Assembly (NCBI GenBank): GCA_031459385.1 | Contig: JAVKIP010000034.1 | Location: 1 to 18,815 of the forward strand | Direction: 5' to 3' | From: Candidatus Fervidifonticultor secundus | GTDB lineage: Bacteria > Sysuimicrobiota > Sysuimicrobiia > Sysuimicrobiales > Humicultoraceae | Length of the DNA: 18,815 nt | Shown here: one piece after another, positions 15,076-18,815 of the stretch | Position numbering within the stretch: position 1 is the stretch's first letter | Layout of the letters: every line of letters begins with the position of its first letter | Translations under genes and position numbers: made by a program | Notes under the pieces: generated by a model | Databases searched by the model: none | The model's input: the letters and a program-made list of their open reading frames with translations, nothing else | What the model was told of the DNA's origin: nothing

Positions 15076-15151
15076 GCCGGGGTAGCTCAGTTGGTAGAGC
15101 GGCGGACTGAAGATCCGCGCGTCGGCGGTTCGATTCCGTCCCCCGGCACCA
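15076..15151 (+). tRNA. trnF: tRNA-Phe (GAA), 76 nt, CCA encoded
   Basis: Acceptor stem GCCGGGG/CCCCGGC, D arm TAGCTCAGTTGGTAGAGC, anticodon arm GCGGA-CTGAAGA-TCCGC, T arm GGCGG-TTCGATT-CCGTC, 3' ACCA. Confidence 0.97.
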
Positions 15152-15247
15152 CGGGGTGTCCACAGGCTCAGCGCTACGCGGCCGGGGCGCGCCCGGCGAT
15201 GCCTCGCCGCGCACCCGCCGGCCACGGCCGCGCGGCGCCAGCGCCGG

Positions 15248-16444
15248 TCACGCCTCGCCAGGCTGCCTGGCGGCGGCCGGCCGTTCCCTGATCTGCGTCG
15301 TCGTGACCAGCCGTAGCATCGCCAGCGCCGACGCCACCAGCCAGATGGCCGTGAAGCTACCGGTCCGGTCGAGGATCCACCCGAACAGCGCACCCGAGAG
15401 CCCCGAGCCCGCCTGGCCGGAGGCCACGGTGACGGCCCCGACCATGCCTGCGCGCTCCGGCCCGAACATCTCCATGCTCAGCACCGTCAGCGGCGTGACG
15501 CTGGCCGACATGCCGAGACCGAGGACGAACGCCAGGACGTAGATCCAGACGCCCGCGGGGGTGACGGTCAGCGCCAGGGTGCAGGCGGCGAGGGTGACCG
15601 TGGCGCCCCAGACGAGCGGCAGCCGTCGTCCCAGCCGGTCCGACAGGCTGCCCGCAGGGTAGGTGCCCAGCAGCTGCGCGACCAGCACGACCGCCATGAC
15701 TACGCCGGCCTGCGCCTTGGAGTAGCCCAGCGCATCGGTCAGGTGCGACGGAAGCCAGCTGAGGATGCCGCTGATGGTGAACAGCCCCAGCAGCGCCGAG
15801 GCAGCGATCAGCGCGAAGTCACGGCCGAGCACGCCGCGGAATGCCGGCGCGGGCCGCAGGCGGGCGGGCCCGGACGCCGACCCCAGCGCCACCGCCGGAA
15901 ACACCGCGAGGGTGGCGGCGCACAGCGCCGGCAGCGCCAGCAGCAGCGCCTGGTAGGACACCCACTGACTGAGCACCGGCAGCACGCTCAGGGCCGTGAG
16001 CATGCCCAGGCTCGTCGCCCACTCCATGATGCCCACGGCCTTGCCGCGGTTCTCGCGGGAGAAGACGACCGCGATCAGTTTCAGCGTGGTGGTGTAGGTC
16101 AGGGCCACTGCGACGCCCACCAGCACGCGGGCGGCCAGCGCCACGGAATACGTGGGGGCCAGCGCCACGGCCGCGCTGGCCAGGCCCAGCAGCGCCAGCC
16201 CCACGGCCATCTGCCGGCGCGGGTGCCGGCGGTCGGCGGCCGCGCCGGCCGGGATGAGCGTGAGCGCGTAGCCGATGAAGAAGGCCGAGAAGAGCGCGCC
16301 GGCGCCGGCGTAGCTGGTCCCGAAGCGCTGCATGAGCTCGGGGTAAAAGGGGACGATGTTGAGCCGGCCGACGAACGCCAGGTACCGGCCGACGCTGAGC
16401 AGGGCGAGCAGCGGCAGCGCGTCGCGCAGGCGGCGTGGCGTCAC
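15248..16444 (-). CDS. MFS transporter
   Basis: GTG 16444 overlaps the OsmC stop (GTGA). About 12 hydrophobic segments, motif A-like GAAADRRHPRR and GSLSDRLGRR, ENRGKAVG, GWILDRTGSF. Confidence 0.9.
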   Translation of the reverse strand: MTPRRLRDALPLLALLSVGRYLAFVGRLNIVPFYPELMQRFGTSYAGAGALFSAFFIGYALTLIPAGAAADRRHPRRQMAVGLALLGLASAAVALAPTYSVALAARVLVGVAVALTYTTTLKLIAVVFSRENRGKAVGIMEWATSLGMLTALSVLPVLSQWVSYQALLLALPALCAATLAVFPAVALGSASGPARLRPAPAFRGVLGRDFALIAASALLGLFTISGILSWLPSHLTDALGYSKAQAGVVMAVVLVAQLLGTYPAGSLSDRLGRRLPLVWGATVTLAACTLALTVTPAGVWIYVLAFVLGLGMSASVTPLTVLSMEMFGPERAGMVGAVTVASGQAGSGLSGALFGWILDRTGSFTAIWLVASALAMLRLVTTTQIRERPAAARQPGEA

Positions 16445-16887
16445 GGCGCGGCGGCAGCCGGCTGCGGGGGCTGGTCGCTGGTGACGATCTCCACGCTGAT
16501 CGCCGCCGTCTTCCGCAACATCGCCGAGACCGAGCAGTACTTCTCCTCCGACAGCCGGACCGCGCGCTCGACCTGGTCGCGCCGCAGGCCCGGCCCCCAC
16601 GCCACGTAGCGCAGCCGGATCGCCGTGAACACCTTGGGGTGCTCGGCCGCCCGGTCGGCGGAGACGTCGATCACGAGCCCCTCCAGCGGTGCCCGCATCT
16701 TCGCCAGCGTGTTCACCACGTCGATCCCCGTGCACCCGGCCAGCGCCATCAGCACGGTCTCCATCGGCGAGGGGCCGGCGCCGGTGCCACCGGCGTCGGG
16801 CCGCGCGTCCATGGTCAGCCGGGCACCGCTGGCCAGCGAGCGGCCCTCGAACCGCTTGGGTGCCGTCCAGACGACCTGCACGTCCAT
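16441..16887 (-). CDS. OsmC/Ohr family protein (YhfA-like)
   Basis: GPSPMETVLMALAGCTGIDV and AVRLSEEKYCSVSAML (Cys pair). ATG 16887 is preferred because GGAGG lies just upstream; ATG 16902 is the alternative. Confidence 0.92.
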   Translation of the reverse strand: MDVQVVWTAPKRFEGRSLASGARLTMDARPDAGGTGAGPSPMETVLMALAGCTGIDVVNTLAKMRAPLEGLVIDVSADRAAEHPKVFTAIRLRYVAWGPGLRRDQVERAVRLSEEKYCSVSAMLRKTAAISVEIVTSDQPPQPAAAAP

Positions 16888-17067
16888 TGTCGCGTCCTCC
16901 ATTTCGCCAGATCGTTCCCGCCTCGGCGCGCCCGCCCCAGCGCGCCTCGTCCCGGCCCGCCTCAGCCCGGCGCGCCCCGCTCAACGACGGCCGGCCGGCC
17001 CGCTCATCCCACCACCGGCAGGAGTCGCCGGCCCGCCGGGGCGAAACCCGCACGCGGAGACGCGACG

Positions 17068-18507
17068 ATGGCTGAGATGTTCATCAACGGCCGCAGCGTG
17101 CCGTCCCGGGGACGCGCGCGCCTGCCCGTGATCAACCCGGCGACCGAGGAGGTCGTCGACACCGTCCCGCGCGGCGGCGCCGACGAGGTCGCCGCCGCCG
17201 TCGAGGCCGCGGCCAGGGCGTTCGCTGCCTGGCGCGACCTGCCTGCCGCCCGCCGGGGAGAACACGTGGCCGCCGCCGCCCGGGCGGTGGCCGCCCGCGT
17301 CGACGAGCTGGCGCGGCTGCTGACCGCCGAGCAGGGCAAGCCCCTGCGCGAAGCCCGCATGGAGATCCGGCGCTTCGTGCACACCCTGGAGCACTACGCC
17401 GGCCTCGCCAAGAACCTTCGCGGCGGGTACGTCCCAAACCTTGACGAGGGTACCTACGGCATGATCCTCAAGCTGCCCCTGGGCGTGGTGGGTGCCATCG
17501 TGCCGTGGAACTTCCCCATCTCGCTGCTGGGCAACAAGCTCGGGCCGGCGCTGGTCGCGGGCAACACGGTCGTGGCCAAGCCGGCGGAGACGACGCCGCT
17601 TACGACACTACAGGTGGCGGCGATCATGCACGAGGCGGGGCTGCCGGCCGGTGTCTTCAACGTCGTCACGGGGCCGGGGGCCGAGGCCGGCCGGGCCCTG
17701 GTCGAGCACCCGCAGGTGCGCAAGGTGGCCTTCACCGGCTCGACGCCCGTGGGCAAGCAGATCATGGCCGCGGCCGCCGCCGACCTCAAGCGCGTGACGC
17801 TGGAACTGGGCGGGTCCGACCCGCTGATCGTCTGCGACGACGCCGACCTGGACGCGGCGGCCAGCGCGGCCAGCGTCGGGCGCTTCTTCAACTGCGGGCA
17901 GGCGTGCCTGGCGGTGAAGCGGCTGTACGTCTTCGCGCGCGTCGCCGACGAGTTCATCGAGCGGCTGCGGGCCAAGGTCCTGCGGCTGCGCGTGGGGCCC
18001 GGCGACGTCGACGGCGTGCTGCTCGGACCGCTGCACACCGCGGGCGGGCGGGCGGAGATCGAGGCGCAGGTGGCCGACGCGCTGGCCACAGGCGCGCAGG
18101 TGCTGGCTGGCGCGAAGCGGCCGGCGGGGGAGCCGTTCGCGCGCGGCTTCTTCTACGAGCCCACGCTGCTCTTTGAGCCCTCGCACGACGCGCGCGTGGC
18201 CCGCGAGGAGGTCTTCGGGCCGGTCCTGCCCCTCTGGCGCGTGGCCGATCTGGACGAGGCGATCGCTCGGGCCAACAGCTCGATCTACGGCCTGGGCTCG
18301 TCCATCTGGACCCGCGACCTCGACCGCGCCGCGTACGCGGCCGAGCGACTGGAGGCCGGCTATACCTGGATCAACGCACCGCAGAAGATCTACGACGAGC
18401 TGCCCTTCGGCGGGGTCAAGCAGAGCGGGATGGGCAAGGAGCACGGTATCGAAGCCCTCGATTACTACATGGAGACGAAGTCGGTGGTCGTCCGGCGGTC
18501 CTCGTGA
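17068..18507 (+). CDS. NAD(P)+-dependent aldehyde dehydrogenase
   Basis: ATG 17068 after GGAG. INPATEE, IVPWNFP, KPAETTP, FTGSTPVG, LELGG (catalytic Glu), FFNCGQAC (catalytic Cys), EEVFGPV, PFGGVKQSGMGKE. Confidence 0.96.
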   Translation: MAEMFINGRSVPSRGRARLPVINPATEEVVDTVPRGGADEVAAAVEAAARAFAAWRDLPAARRGEHVAAAARAVAARVDELARLLTAEQGKPLREARMEIRRFVHTLEHYAGLAKNLRGGYVPNLDEGTYGMILKLPLGVVGAIVPWNFPISLLGNKLGPALVAGNTVVAKPAETTPLTTLQVAAIMHEAGLPAGVFNVVTGPGAEAGRALVEHPQVRKVAFTGSTPVGKQIMAAAAADLKRVTLELGGSDPLIVCDDADLDAAASAASVGRFFNCGQACLAVKRLYVFARVADEFIERLRAKVLRLRVGPGDVDGVLLGPLHTAGGRAEIEAQVADALATGAQVLAGAKRPAGEPFARGFFYEPTLLFEPSHDARVAREEVFGPVLPLWRVADLDEAIARANSSIYGLGSSIWTRDLDRAAYAAERLEAGYTWINAPQKIYDELPFGGVKQSGMGKEHGIEALDYYMETKSVVVRRSS

Positions 18508-18521
18508 GGGAGGGAAGGATC

Positions 18522-18815
18522 ATGGTGGACGTCCCGCGGCTGTACAACGCCTCGGTGGTGCTGGACCAGAACCTGGAGGCCGGGCGGGCCGGCCGGGTCG
18601 CCATCTTCTGGCAGGACCAGCAGGTGACCTACGGCGACCTGCGGCGTCGGGTCTGCCGCCTGGGGAGCGCGCTGCGCCGGCTCGGCGTGCGGCGCGAGGA
18701 GCGCGTCGTGATGGTGCTCAACGACACGCCGGCCTTCCCCACGGTCTTCTACGGTGCCCTGCGCATCGGCGCGGTGCCGGTGCCGACCAACCCGCTGCTG
18801 CGGTGGGAGGACCAC
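18522..18815 (+). CDS. Benzoate-CoA ligase family (AMP-binding) protein; N-terminal part, runs off the window edge
   Basis: Not in the ORF track. RBS GGGAGGGAAGG. Manual translation MVDVPRLYNASVVLDQNLEAGRAGRVAIFWQDQQVTYGDL...LGVRREERVVMVLNDTPAFPTVFYGALRIGAVPVPTNPLL resembles the N-terminus of aromatic-acid CoA ligases. Confidence 0.85.
   Translation, partial: MVDVPRLYNASVVLDQNLEAGRAGRVAIFWQDQQVTYGDLRRRVCRLGSALRRLGVRREERVVMVLNDTPAFPTVFYGALRIGAVPVPTNPLLRWEDH

Noticed and set aside
15076..15247. tRNA-Phe as an integration site for a genomic island
   Set aside because: No integrase gene and no duplicated tRNA 3' end (att repeat) were found in the window. The GC hairpin at 15181-15197 lacks a U-tract and was not called a terminator.
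16435..17067. N-terminal extensions of the ALDH (690-aa ORF) and MFS (601-aa ORF)
   Set aside because: They overlap the OsmC gene and the divergent intergenic region. Family homology begins only at 17068 and 16444 respectively.

Overview
High-GC bacterial window. Positions 1-12646 hold a divergently transcribed catabolic cluster. The leftward operon encodes an Asp/Glu/hydantoin racemase, an atypical M28/PA-domain hydrolase, an Opp/Dpp-type substrate-binding protein with two permeases but no ATPase, a cytoplasmic CapA-family metallophosphatase-fold protein and a ketopantoate-reductase-family oxidoreductase cut by the window edge. The rightward operon encodes an ornithine cyclodeaminase/mu-crystallin protein, a tandem DUF4286/EthD-like protein, an AA_synth (PF06684) protein, an enamidase-like amidohydrolase and a non-canonical DHDPS-family aldolase. 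An AT-rich palindromic operator-like site lies between the two operons. Downstream are a secreted hypothetical protein, a lower-GC hairpin-rich intergenic region, an NDP-sugar epimerase followed by a doubly frameshifted, truncated NDP-sugar dehydrogenase remnant, a tRNA-Phe(GAA) with G37 and a clear sigma70 promoter, an OsmC-MFS pair, an aldehyde dehydrogenase and the start of a benzoate-CoA-ligase-family gene. No mobile element or CRISPR array was seen. All family assignments come from motif recognition, not database searches.
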